NCBI GenBank assembly: GCA_039815185.1
Contig: JBCBZT010000027.1
Span: forward strand, 43,336 to 107,335
From: Cyanobacteria bacterium P01_A01_bin.123
Lineage (GTDB): Bacteria > Cyanobacteriota > Cyanobacteriia > Phormidesmidales > Phormidesmidaceae
DNA length: 64,000 nucleotides
Direction: 5' to 3'
Both the position numbers and the translations under genes were made by a program. Shown piece by piece: positions 9,804-18,605 of this stretch (its first letter is position 1; every line of letters begins with the position of its first letter). The notes below the pieces were generated by a model that worked only from the letters and a program-made list of their open reading frames with translations, did not search any database and had not been told where the DNA came from.

Positions 9804-10946
9804 TCAATCGACCAAAGCATAACCAGTGTCAGTTTCAGGCCAGGGCTGATAAGGGAACTGGCAGTTGTGTTCTACTAAAAAGCGATGGAGGGGGGCTGCG
9901 TAGGTAATGAAGGGGGATGGAGCGGTTCCGAGTTCTTGGGTAATGCGGGTGTTGTCAAAAACGGTATTGAACGTCAAGTAGGGCATAAATACTTTGAGTC
10001 GGGTGGCTGATCGGGCGATTCCCCACTGACGGGGAGTGGCGGCTAAGGCTTGGAGTAACCATGTCAAAGGCGATCGTAGTGGTGGCAAAAATAGGGGGGA
10101 TACCCCTTGGGTGGCCGTGGCTAGACATTGGACAATCTGTTGGTAGGTGGGAGAGTGTATGCCTGCACTCAGGTGATAAATGGTGTGGGAGAGTTGTGCT
10201 TTTTGATGCAGGGTGGCGATCGCTTGGCCGACATAATCGGCAGGCACAATGTCAATTTGCCAGTCTGGCTGTAGCGGTATCACCCCAACTTGGTTGAGTA
10301 GGGCAAAGGCTCTGGCTGTGTCGAACTGAGTTGTTTGGGGAAAGCGGCTATCCCCGAGGACTGTACTAGGGCGAAAGATGACATGGGGAACATCTGGCAA
10401 TAATTCTTGGATGAGGTGCTCACAGAGTTTTTTGGTGGCGCCGTAGGGGTCGTAGTCTGGTCTGTCCCATTGAATCGCGTCAGTCTCGGTCACGACTTCG
10501 TTTTGGCGAATTCCAGCAACGGAGGTAGTGGAGATAGCACTGAAGCGGCGGAGGCCATGATCGCAGTGAGCGGCGCGGGCCAATTTCAAGACGGCAAGCG
10601 TACCGCGCACATTTACGTTGTGACACGCTTGAAGTGATTTGCGATTCAAGATCGCGGCGGCATGAATCACAGACTCTGTGGAACCGACTAGTCGATCCCA
10701 GTTCTGCAGGGACAATCCCAAGCGGGGTTGGGTCATGTCTCCTAAATAGAGATCTATACGGTTGAGTGCCTGATGAAATTGCGTCGGGGTCATGTGCAAT
10801 TGGAAGGCCTGCCACAACCGCGATCGCGCTGCATCAGTAGAGGTTGCCCGGACTAATAGGGCCAGGCGATCGCAGGTCGTATTTAAGAGTTCATTGGCAA
10901 CGTAGGCACCGATATAGCCCGTTGCACCGGTCAATACAATCGTCAT
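9804..10946 (-). CDS. Extended SDR / fatty acyl reductase (male-sterility-like) oxidoreductase
   Basis: TGATGYIG Rossmann motif, HAAA, NVRGT, catalytic YGATK, FRPS. Confidence 0.85.
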   Translation of the reverse strand: MTIVLTGATGYIGAYVANELLNTTCDRLALLVRATSTDAARSRLWQAFQLHMTPTQFHQALNRIDLYLGDMTQPRLGLSLQNWDRLVGSTESVIHAAAILNRKSLQACHNVNVRGTLAVLKLARAAHCDHGLRRFSAISTTSVAGIRQNEVVTETDAIQWDRPDYDPYGATKKLCEHLIQELLPDVPHVIFRPSTVLGDSRFPQTTQFDTARAFALLNQVGVIPLQPDWQIDIVPADYVGQAIATLHQKAQLSHTIYHLSAGIHSPTYQQIVQCLATATQGVSPLFLPPLRSPLTWLLQALAATPRQWGIARSATRLKVFMPYLTFNTVFDNTRITQELGTAPSPFITYAAPLHRFLVEHNCQFPYQPWPETDTGYALVD

Positions 10947-10959
10947 GGGATGCTCACAT

Positions 10960-12417
10960 CTATAGCTCAGGCTGTAAGGCGTTCAATAAAGTCCGTTTGG
11001 GCAAGGTGCATTTGAGCTGCTGCCGAGTATCAACCAAAAACCCTGTCCGCAGAAAATACGCGAAATAGGTGTGTAGGAGCTGCTCATTAACGCTGGGACA
11101 GTAGATAGCCGCTCTATCTAGGACGGTTTGGGTCTGTTGGCTATCGAATTTGGGGCGTCTAGCCTGCTGATATAACTCTGGTAAGGTCAGATCTGTGTCT
11201 GGCAGTTGCCGTCGAAAGAATGGCCGCAGCGGCACTAGGGGATTGTCCTGGGAATAGAGTTGGTGGAGCTGATCGAGCCAGTCATGGTAAGCAATTTGCT
11301 TCACAGCAAACCCAAAGGATTGTATCCAGCTAACCAACTGATGCCAGGGGTAGGGTTTGGGATTGGTGAGATGGAAGGTTTGACCGATGGCGTCTGGCTG
11401 CTGTGACAGATAAATAATGCTGCGGCTGACATAGTCTACCGGGGCTAAATCGAGCTGGTAATCCAGGTCAGGGGCAGTGCCCATCTGCAGACAACCCTTG
11501 ATCAGGCGACAGATCAGATCATCGGTGTTGACGACCCCTGTTTGGCTGTGGCCAGAAATAAAAGGCGCTCGGTAAATGCAGACGGGCAAGCCGCGATCGC
11601 GGGCGCTGATCATTAGTTTTTCGGCGACCCACTTACTTTGGGAATAGCCCAGGCCAATGCCCTCGCTATGGATTAACGGGTCTGACTCCAGGATTTGTTT
11701 GTGGGCATAGGCCGGGGAGTCAAACACCGCAACGCTGGAAACATAGTGAACGGGTGCGTCCTGACTGCAACTCGCCAACCGTAAGACTTCCTGGGTACCT
11801 TGAACATTCACTGATCGCAAGCGGGCGTAATCATAAACGTAGTTCAACAATGCGCCACTGTGGTAAATGCAGCCAATTTGATCCGCGAGGTGCTGAAATT
11901 GCTCGGGTGAGAGTCCGAAGTAGGGCTGACCTAAATCGCCAATGACGGGCATAATGCGATCGCAATTAGTCTCATGCCAGAGACCATAGGCTTGGAGATT
12001 AGTCTGAATACGCTGCTTTCCTGAAGACACATCAGCAGCTCTCACCAGGCAGTAACAGTTAGCCTGAGTCCGCTGCAGCAGCTCTTGGAGGATAAAAGCC
12101 CCTAAGAACCCAGTAGCTCCGGTCAAGAAAATTGCCGATGGGCGGTGCTGCGAGTCTGGGGGCGTTGCTTTGGGTTGAATACTGGAATCCAGCACAACTT
12201 CTGAGGTTAAATCTCCCAGGAAAAAACCGTCTGATTCGGTTGCAATGGCAGACTGCTGTTGAACTAATGCCAAAAGTGTGGGTTTATGTTGGCGTAGCGT
12301 CTGTTGCAGCTTTGGGGTTAAAACCCCTTTGGGGGCTTTAATGTGGAGCTGATCCTGCTTAGCCCAGAGCGTTGCCCCCCGTTGGCGGAGAGCACTTAGC
12401 AATTGATCAGGGGTCAT
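10960..12417 (-). CDS. Stand-alone thioester reductase (R domain) with N-terminal TubC-type docking domain
   Basis: FLTGATGFLGA, GDLGQPYFGL, NVQGT, GYSQSKWVAE. The N-terminal LSALRQRGATLWAKQDQLHIKAPKGVLT..LRQHK resembles TubC_N. Confidence 0.87.
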   Translation of the reverse strand: MTPDQLLSALRQRGATLWAKQDQLHIKAPKGVLTPKLQQTLRQHKPTLLALVQQQSAIATESDGFFLGDLTSEVVLDSSIQPKATPPDSQHRPSAIFLTGATGFLGAFILQELLQRTQANCYCLVRAADVSSGKQRIQTNLQAYGLWHETNCDRIMPVIGDLGQPYFGLSPEQFQHLADQIGCIYHSGALLNYVYDYARLRSVNVQGTQEVLRLASCSQDAPVHYVSSVAVFDSPAYAHKQILESDPLIHSEGIGLGYSQSKWVAEKLMISARDRGLPVCIYRAPFISGHSQTGVVNTDDLICRLIKGCLQMGTAPDLDYQLDLAPVDYVSRSIIYLSQQPDAIGQTFHLTNPKPYPWHQLVSWIQSFGFAVKQIAYHDWLDQLHQLYSQDNPLVPLRPFFRRQLPDTDLTLPELYQQARRPKFDSQQTQTVLDRAAIYCPSVNEQLLHTYFAYFLRTGFLVDTRQQLKCTLPKRTLLNALQPEL

Positions 12418-12752
12418 AGGACGATTTCCTCCTCCTCCATTTCCCTAGCGTTGCCACAATATTGTGCTAGGGCCGCGATCGTGGGATAGGTGTAGGGTAG
12501 GGTGGGCTCTAGTTTATGGCCTAGCCAGTTTTCTAAATCTCCGGCCATACCAAAAACCACGACTGAATCCAAGCCATAACTGTCAAAGGTGGCATGACTG
12601 TCGATGTCATCGTTGGTCACCTCCAAAAGTTCAGCCAGGTAGGCAACTAACCACTTCTGAATGTCATCGGGTGTTTGAGACGGGAGACTAGCACGATGGT
12701 TGTTAGCCAGCGGAGAAACCTGTTGAGGACTTTGAAGTTGTAAGCGATTCAT
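12414..12752 (-). CDS. Acyl carrier protein
   Basis: IQKWLVAYLAELL...FDSYGLDSV...YPTIAALA phosphopantetheine motif. Likely start MNRLQ at 12752. Stop overlaps the next ATG (ATGA). Confidence 0.9.
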   Translation of the reverse strand: MNRLQLQSPQQVSPLANNHRASLPSQTPDDIQKWLVAYLAELLEVTNDDIDSHATFDSYGLDSVVVFGMAGDLENWLGHKLEPTLPYTYPTIAALAQYCGNAREMEEEEIVL

Positions 12753-12822
12753 GATCTTAATGTTTGGAGCATTGGGTCTAGACAATGAAAATTGGGTATT
12801 GTGGTTGCGAATTCGTTGGTTA

Positions 12823-15492
12823 TCAGACTCGGCATTTCGCAGTTTCCACGGTTGCCGCCGAAGGCACTTTGACATCCCACACCAGACCTAACCGAGTTAA
12901 TGCCCGAATCAGCCAACCGCCAATGTCAATTTGCCACCATGCCAGTCCGAAAAGTGCTGAATAGGCAAAGGCGTGATGATTGTTGTGCCATGCTTCTCCC
13001 AGCGTAGGGATTGCCAGCCAGACATTGTTAGTACTCTGCTCTCGGGTCACAAAAGGACGTTGACCGAAGCAATGACAAATAGAATTGATGCTGAACGTGG
13101 ATTGTTGCACAAGCCAGATACGAACTAGCCCACCCCATAAAAATCCTTCCCATGCCCCCGACCATGAGACACTGAGTCCACCCCCGAGGAGGGTAGGGAT
13201 AATCAGCCCTAATGCCGTCCAGAGATAGTATCTGCTACTCAGCCAATTGACTAAGGCATCTTGCATCAGATCCTTAGCAAAGGCATGAGTATTGGTGATT
13301 TCTGGAATTAGAATCCACCCACTATGCGCATGCCATAAACCCTGGATCAATCCTCGCAATCCTGGCCCACTGAGATGGGGAGAATGGGGATCACCAGGAC
13401 TATCCGTATAGCTATGGTGCCGCCGATGCTGCGCAACCCAATAAATCAAAGGGGCTTGGGCTGCCATTGATCCGAGAATGGCCAAGCTGGTTTTGACCGA
13501 CCGATGGGCTTTGAACGCTCTGTGGGCAAAGTATCGGTGGAAACCTACCGTGATGCCAACCATGGTGGCCAGATACATGCTGCCTAAAAGACTCAGGTCT
13601 AAACCGCTAACGCCCCACTTCCAGCTCCACGCCAATGCCACGATGCAGCCCAGTAAGGGCAGCAAATTCGTAACCATGAGGTGATGCCGCTGGCGCTGTA
13701 CGAGATGGCTATGCTTAAACGTGAGGGGTGCTTTTTTGGGTGATGTCTGTAAAGCGCCTGGTGCTCCAGCAATGCTCCGTAAGTCATTGGTCAAGAAGGC
13801 GGCCCGACAAGCCCGTCGCTGAATTTTGCCGCTCGATGTCTTGGGAATACTGCCGGGTCGCACCAAGACAGCACGGTGCAAATCTAGGGCATGGTGAGTT
13901 GCGATCGCCTGCCGGATTGCAACCATCACTGCCTTGACATCCAGTTTCCTCAAGTGGCTACGTTCTATTTCTTGGACAACCACTAACCGCTCTGCCCCCT
14001 CAACATCAATGGCAAAGGCTGCACCTGCATTGGCTTGCAAAGCTGGATGACTGGCCGCTACTGTGTGCTCAATATCCTGGGGATAGTGGTTTTGCCCCCG
14101 GATGATGATCAAATCTTTGAGTCGCCCCGTTACGAAGAGTTGGCCATTGAGCTCAAACCCTAAATCGCCGGTGCGGAGGAAGGGGCCAACGCCCGTATCC
14201 GCGAGATCAGCCTGGAAGGTTTGGGCCGTGGCTTCAGGCTGTTGCCAATACCCCTGAGCCACACTCGGCCCTGAAATCCAGATCTCACCGACTTGGCCGA
14301 TAGAACATGGGGTTAGGGTTTCGGGATGCACAATGTAAAGTTGATGGTCAGGGGTAGTTTGGCCACAGCTAACAATGGTGCGATCGCTAGCGGATACTTC
14401 AACCGCCGGCACCACCTGATGCTGCTCTAAGGCAGCTCCATCAACCGGTTGCACAATCGGCTGGGTGCCCTTGTGGCCACCAGCTATCAGCAGCGTAGCC
14501 TCCGCCATGCCATAACACGGATAAAAAGCCGTCTGTCGAAAACCATAGGGGGCAAAGGTTTGACTAAATTGCGATAACGTCTCTGGCCGAATGAGCTCGG
14601 CTCCCGTAAAGGCAATATCCCAATTACTCAAATCGAGATCGGCCATCTGGTCAGGTCGAATTTTACGGACGCAGAGGTCATAGGCAAAATTAGGCCCACC
14701 ACTGATGGTGGCTCGATGCTGAGAAATTGCATGCAGCCAGCGCATCGGTTTTTGCAAAAACATTACTGGCGACATTAGCGTTATCGGGAAACCCGCGTAG
14801 AGGGGTTGGAGCACGCCGCCAATCAGCCCCATGTCGTGATACGGTGGCAACCAAATGACACCCCGGCTTTCCGAGGTATGTCCAAAGGCTTGCTGAATTC
14901 CCTGCAAGTTGTTGAGCAAATTGCCATGACTCACCATAACGCCCTTGGGTTTGCCAGTGGACCCAGAGGTATACTGCAGAAACGCTAAGGTGTCGCTGGT
15001 GATCGGCGGCGCTTGCCAATTAATTGCTTGCTCAAGGGCCAGCTGATCCGTGGAGAACCATGCCAGGGTGGCAAGATCAGGAACCTGAGCGGCTTGGTGA
15101 CTCATGGTGGCCCAGGCTGCGGTAGTCGTCAAGGCCACTGCCGCTTCAGCGTCGGCTGCGATCGCCCTAAGTCTTTCCAGGGTTTGATTGCGGCGTGGAG
15201 GATAGGCTGGCACCGGGATCAGGTTGGCGTATAAGCAGCCAAAGAAGGCGGCAATGAATGCTAACCCTGGCGGATAAATCAACAATGCCCGAGTCCCGGC
15301 TGGGTATTGAGATTGGAGTTGAGCTGCGATCGTTCGGGCTTGCAGATCCAGTGCTTGATAGGTCAAAGATTCAGACTTTGCTTCCCCATCTGTCAAAAAG
15401 GTATAGGCAATTTGATCGGGTTGGTGCAAAGCGCGATCGCTCAAAAGTTCAATTAAGGTTGAGTAATGCATAAGATCAAACTCGCTATCCAA
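12823..15492 (-). CDS. Fatty acyl-AMP ligase (FAAL) fused to a C-terminal membrane desaturase (JamB/delta-9-like)
   Basis: FLQYTSGSTGKPKG, WLPPYHDMGL, YGMAEAT, RTGDLG, KTSSGKIQR, followed by His boxes HRYFAH, HRRHH, HNNHH with hydrophobic segments. Start may be the ATG at 15471. Confidence 0.92.
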   Translation of the reverse strand: MDSEFDLMHYSTLIELLSDRALHQPDQIAYTFLTDGEAKSESLTYQALDLQARTIAAQLQSQYPAGTRALLIYPPGLAFIAAFFGCLYANLIPVPAYPPRRNQTLERLRAIAADAEAAVALTTTAAWATMSHQAAQVPDLATLAWFSTDQLALEQAINWQAPPITSDTLAFLQYTSGSTGKPKGVMVSHGNLLNNLQGIQQAFGHTSESRGVIWLPPYHDMGLIGGVLQPLYAGFPITLMSPVMFLQKPMRWLHAISQHRATISGGPNFAYDLCVRKIRPDQMADLDLSNWDIAFTGAELIRPETLSQFSQTFAPYGFRQTAFYPCYGMAEATLLIAGGHKGTQPIVQPVDGAALEQHQVVPAVEVSASDRTIVSCGQTTPDHQLYIVHPETLTPCSIGQVGEIWISGPSVAQGYWQQPEATAQTFQADLADTGVGPFLRTGDLGFELNGQLFVTGRLKDLIIIRGQNHYPQDIEHTVAASHPALQANAGAAFAIDVEGAERLVVVQEIERSHLRKLDVKAVMVAIRQAIATHHALDLHRAVLVRPGSIPKTSSGKIQRRACRAAFLTNDLRSIAGAPGALQTSPKKAPLTFKHSHLVQRQRHHLMVTNLLPLLGCIVALAWSWKWGVSGLDLSLLGSMYLATMVGITVGFHRYFAHRAFKAHRSVKTSLAILGSMAAQAPLIYWVAQHRRHHSYTDSPGDPHSPHLSGPGLRGLIQGLWHAHSGWILIPEITNTHAFAKDLMQDALVNWLSSRYYLWTALGLIIPTLLGGGLSVSWSGAWEGFLWGGLVRIWLVQQSTFSINSICHCFGQRPFVTREQSTNNVWLAIPTLGEAWHNNHHAFAYSALFGLAWWQIDIGGWLIRALTRLGLVWDVKVPSAATVETAKCRV

Positions 15493-15769
15493 AATCTGGC
15501 AGTTATCTCATCATCAAATTCAATCCAGCCAGCAAAATTGTGTTGCTAAAGATATGCACTATGAGGCTAGGGTCGAAAGATTTGTAGTCGCAAAAATCAT
15601 AAAGAAGATGGCGTTGTATAGCTGTTAATGTATGAGGAAATCGAGAAGAAGTCGGGAAGGATATAGATTCCTATCTTCTCAGCTCTATCATTTATTTGAA
15701 TCTTGAAAGGGGGGTGACATTTAAGCCAGGAAACCTGTTAATTAAAAGAGATTAGAATGATACTTTCTC

Positions 15770-16016
15770 TGTGAATGACGTCATCAATCTCTGGTTCGCC
15801 TGGGGAAAACTCATGTATTGTAGCTGCTTGATCGTACTCACGATACGACTGGACGTAAGCTGCCCGCCCGCGAATACGTCCATCGAAGTCAGGCGGCGCG
15901 ATCACAGCCTGCTCGGAGACCCCGATATCATCATCCTATTGACTTAACCAGAGTTCATTGATCCGCCGAACCATACGCCGAATAACCGCTTCATCGGACG
16001 CTTCTTGATGACGCAT
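15770..16016 (-). pseudogene. SnoaL/NTF2-like protein remnant
   Basis: Manual translation MRHQEASDEAVIRRMVRRINELWLSQ*DDDIG..VIAPPDFDGRIRGRAAYVQSYREY..HEFSPGEPEID has an in-frame TAG at 15936-15938. Fold call is by resemblance only. Confidence 0.5.
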
Positions 16017-16214
16017 GATGTTCTCCACGACCGACTAACTATGATTAGATTGAATCTGTCTGCCTAGTATCCCCAACGGGCCAAGCATTCAACGCGATCA
16101 CCTTGGACTGTTTGCAGAAATCGCAACTATGCAGGGGTATGAGACTACCCAAACTATGCAAAGACATAAGGTTACTCAGGACTCATAAAGGTGATTCTGA
16201 GACGATCCCTAAAA

Positions 16215-16265
16215 TGCCAGGAGGCGGACTTGAATCGCCGACACGAGGATTTTCAGTCCCCCTGC
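16215..16265 (-). pseudogene. 3' fragment of tRNA-Phe(GAA), probable island attachment site
   Basis: Minus strand GGACTGAAAATCCTCGTGTCGGCGATTCAAGTCCGCCTCCTGGCA gives a GAA anticodon arm, T arm and 3' acceptor strand. The D arm and 5' acceptor strand are absent. Confidence 0.85.
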
Positions 16266-16297
16266 GCAGAAGATTTTGAATCGTAATTAATGGATCG

Positions 16298-16612
16298 CTA
16301 AGCCACTTGCAGCGCCAAAGTCTCTGAGAAGTCTGGCTCGGGAAGCTCAGGATGAGAAAGCAGGTGAATCGCGAGGGGCGTTTTTAAATTTACCCAGGCA
16401 ACGTAGCGATGCTTAGAGGCTGTGATCACCATATCTGATGCACTCGAATTAAATCGATCAAATTGTTCGAAGAACCCTGCCCTTTCCTCCGCTGGAGAGA
16501 CTAGCACCTGCACGAATAGTTCATTGCGGAAACGCATCCCGGTGGTAATTTGGCTATCGTGCCAAAAACTAAAGGGTTTGATGAAAGCTTCTGTAATGAC
16601 TAAGGTATCCAT
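16298..16612 (-). CDS. Small hypothetical protein of a recurring cyanobacterial type
   Basis: ATG-started 104-aa ORF; PFSFW...GM...YVAWVNLK pattern recalled from cyanobacterial hypotheticals. Confidence 0.6.
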   Translation of the reverse strand: MDTLVITEAFIKPFSFWHDSQITTGMRFRNELFVQVLVSPAEERAGFFEQFDRFNSSASDMVITASKHRYVAWVNLKTPLAIHLLSHPELPEPDFSETLALQVA

Positions 16613-17020
16613 CTGTATCTATATCTCGCTGTTCACATCGGACTGGGTAAACGCGGCTGTTAAAACAGCTCCCCTTACTTGATATAACTCATGTGAGCAA
16701 AGCTCTTATGCCTTAAAGTTAAGGTTGTTCAGAAGCTTAAAAAATAATGCGTTCTTAGCACCAATGACTTTATAAGGCTAGGTGATCTTACAGGTTTTCT
16801 GGACTAGGTTTCTATCTGTAATTGTCTACGCTTGGTCGTTAACGCGTAGTTGCAGAGGTGAATCCAGCGCCTATTGATACTTTGTACCGAGTGCTGCGGA
16901 TTAATTGCTTAGTTGATTGTGCAGGGAGTCGGTATTGAAATTAGATGCGTTATTTACCCTGGCTGCATTTTCAAGCAAGCGACTCAGTAAAAGACTGAGA
17001 ATCACTAGCAGAAATAGCTG

Positions 17021-17200
17021 ATGGATACGAGCGGGCTCTGTTGCAAAAACAGGGTATCGATCGTTATCAAAGACGAGCAGCGCGGCCCTGACTTTCGGTG
17101 GTGCAACATTCCCCAACTCAAAGCGATCGCGTCGCTGTACCGAGTGCCAAAGTACAACCGCCTGCGTAAGGCCGAACTGGTGGCAGCACTGAGCGGGTGA
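17021..17200 (+). CDS. 59-aa protein with a Rho-N/HeH-like nucleic-acid-binding domain (not in the ORF track)
   Basis: MDTSGLCCKNRVSIVIKDEQRGPDFRWCNIPQLKAIASLYRVPKYNRLRKAELVAALSG; LK.IA....P.Y..LRKAELV..L matches the Rho N-terminal pattern. Confidence 0.6.
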   Translation: MDTSGLCCKNRVSIVIKDEQRGPDFRWCNIPQLKAIASLYRVPKYNRLRKAELVAALSG

Positions 17201-17235
17201 GTCTACCGGGGTGGGCAAGTGGCGCAGTTAAACCC

Positions 17236-17285
17236 CGTGACCGATGCCAGTACATCCAATCGTGACCGATACCAGTACATCTAAT
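17236..17285. repeat. 25-bp tandem duplication
   Basis: cgtgaccgatgccagtacatccaat followed by cgtgaccgataccagtacatctaat (2 mismatches). Confidence 0.85.
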
Positions 17286-17530
17286 AACGAGGACTAGAAA
17301 TGACTTCAACAACCCACAAGCAACCTACATAATCCAGGGGCAACCACAGCACTGAGCTGAGGACCATGACGGTTCAGAGTTACTGCGGCTCTACCACGTG
17401 CATCGAATTCGAGGGGCGTCTTATCAGTATCGATTAAGGGCCAAGCCGAAGCCTAACCCCATTTGAAAACGGCGATCGCGCCACGCGACCAAACGAACGC
17501 GATCGCCATCACGCACTAAGGATTCTAGCC

Positions 17531-18130
17531 ATGATTTCCATTCAACAGAAACCATCCCCTCTGCATCTAGCAAAGGTTGAGGTAGCTCAGTTACGGAGAG
17601 AGTTACAGCTAGTTAGGCTGAGAAACAAGGAATTAGAGGAACAAGCAGGGTTAGACCCCCTCACCCAAATTGCTAACCGGGGCACCTTCGATCGGTTTTT
17701 AAGTCGGGAATGGTCACGGGCAATGCGAGATGGTCACCCCATCTCGATATTGATGATCGACATTGACCATTTCAAACGGTTTAACGACACCCACGGTCAT
17801 ATCGAAGGCGATCGTTTGCTCAAGAGACTAGCTAAGGCGTGGTCGTCGGTACCAGAGCGGGCGTGTGACTTGGTAGCTCGGTATGGCGTTGAAGAGTTCG
17901 CAGTCATCCTCCCTGGGACAACTAGCCGGGGTGGCCGCAAAGTTGCCAGGGACATCCTGGCGGTTACAAGGCGCATCATTGACCCCATGGGCCAATCCCT
18001 CACCTGTTCGATTGGCGTGGCTGCGTGCGTACCCATTAAAGAGATTCAGCCAAAATCCCTCGTTAGCCTTGCAGACCAACGCTTGCACCGGGCAAAGGCA
18101 AAAGGGCGCGATCGCGTGTGGGCCAACTAA
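17531..18130 (+). CDS. GGDEF-domain protein with a degenerate active site (GVEEF)
   Basis: Coiled coil, then DPLTQIANR, DIDHFKRFNDTHGH, RACD I-site, RYGVEEF, AK.KGRDR. Confidence 0.9.
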   Translation: MISIQQKPSPLHLAKVEVAQLRRELQLVRLRNKELEEQAGLDPLTQIANRGTFDRFLSREWSRAMRDGHPISILMIDIDHFKRFNDTHGHIEGDRLLKRLAKAWSSVPERACDLVARYGVEEFAVILPGTTSRGGRKVARDILAVTRRIIDPMGQSLTCSIGVAACVPIKEIQPKSLVSLADQRLHRAKAKGRDRVWAN

Positions 18131-18152
18131 ACAATTCCCTGGGTGCCTCTAT
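18106..18152 (+). repeat. 47-bp direct repeat, copy 1
   Basis: gcgcgatcgcgtgtgggccaactaaacaattccctgggtgcctctat, identical to 18942-18988. Confidence 0.95.
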
Positions 18153-18336
18153 TTAATAGTTATTAATAGTTAGCCCTCCAATTCTCGGTTAGGGCAGTGC
18201 ATCAAGTTTTCCTTTTCGATTTTGAACTCATTGGGTCGCAAAGTTATCTCTAGCACGCAGTTTGCCTCAAGTCGAAAGTAGTCAGAATTCATATTTGTTC
18301 CTGATAGTATGTACAGGCGTGCATACTATAATTGAG

Positions 18337-18603
18337 ATGGTCTACCAATGGAATAGTGATAAGGCAGTCGCTAACCTGCGTAAACATGGTGTTGACTTCG
18401 CTGATGCGGTGTCAGTTTTCTCAGATGACCTGGCAATTACCATTCCAGATGAGCGATTTGATGAAGAGCGGTTTGTCACTATCGGTCTTGATGTTTTTGG
18501 CAGGGCCTTGGTGGTTGTCTACACGCTACGTGGGGACGAAATTCGAGTCATCTCAGCTCGCAAAGCAACTCGACAAGAGCGCCGACAATACGAGGAGGGG
18601 TAG
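18337..18603 (+). CDS. BrnT-family toxin
   Basis: YQWNSDKAVANLRKHGVDFADA...EERFVTIG...IRVISARKAT..ERRQY. Likely start MVYQW. Confidence 0.88.
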   Translation: MVYQWNSDKAVANLRKHGVDFADAVSVFSDDLAITIPDERFDEERFVTIGLDVFGRALVVVYTLRGDEIRVISARKATRQERRQYEEG

Positions 18604-18605
18604 TT

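Noticed and set aside
9685..9807. N-terminal extension of the pyruvyltransferase-like ORF
   Set aside because: Low-complexity translation of a repeat hairpin; the ATG at 9684 is more plausible.
15493..16210. Search for a lanthipeptide precursor upstream of the operon
   Set aside because: Only tiny ORFs and an NTF2-like remnant; no leader or Cys/Ser/Thr-rich core.
16215..16290. Functional tRNA-Phe
   Set aside because: The D arm and 5' acceptor strand are missing, so it cannot form a cloverleaf.
16901..17312. Minus-strand ORFs of 105 and 64 aa
   Set aside because: No motifs, and they overlap the more convincing plus-strand Rho-N-like ORF.
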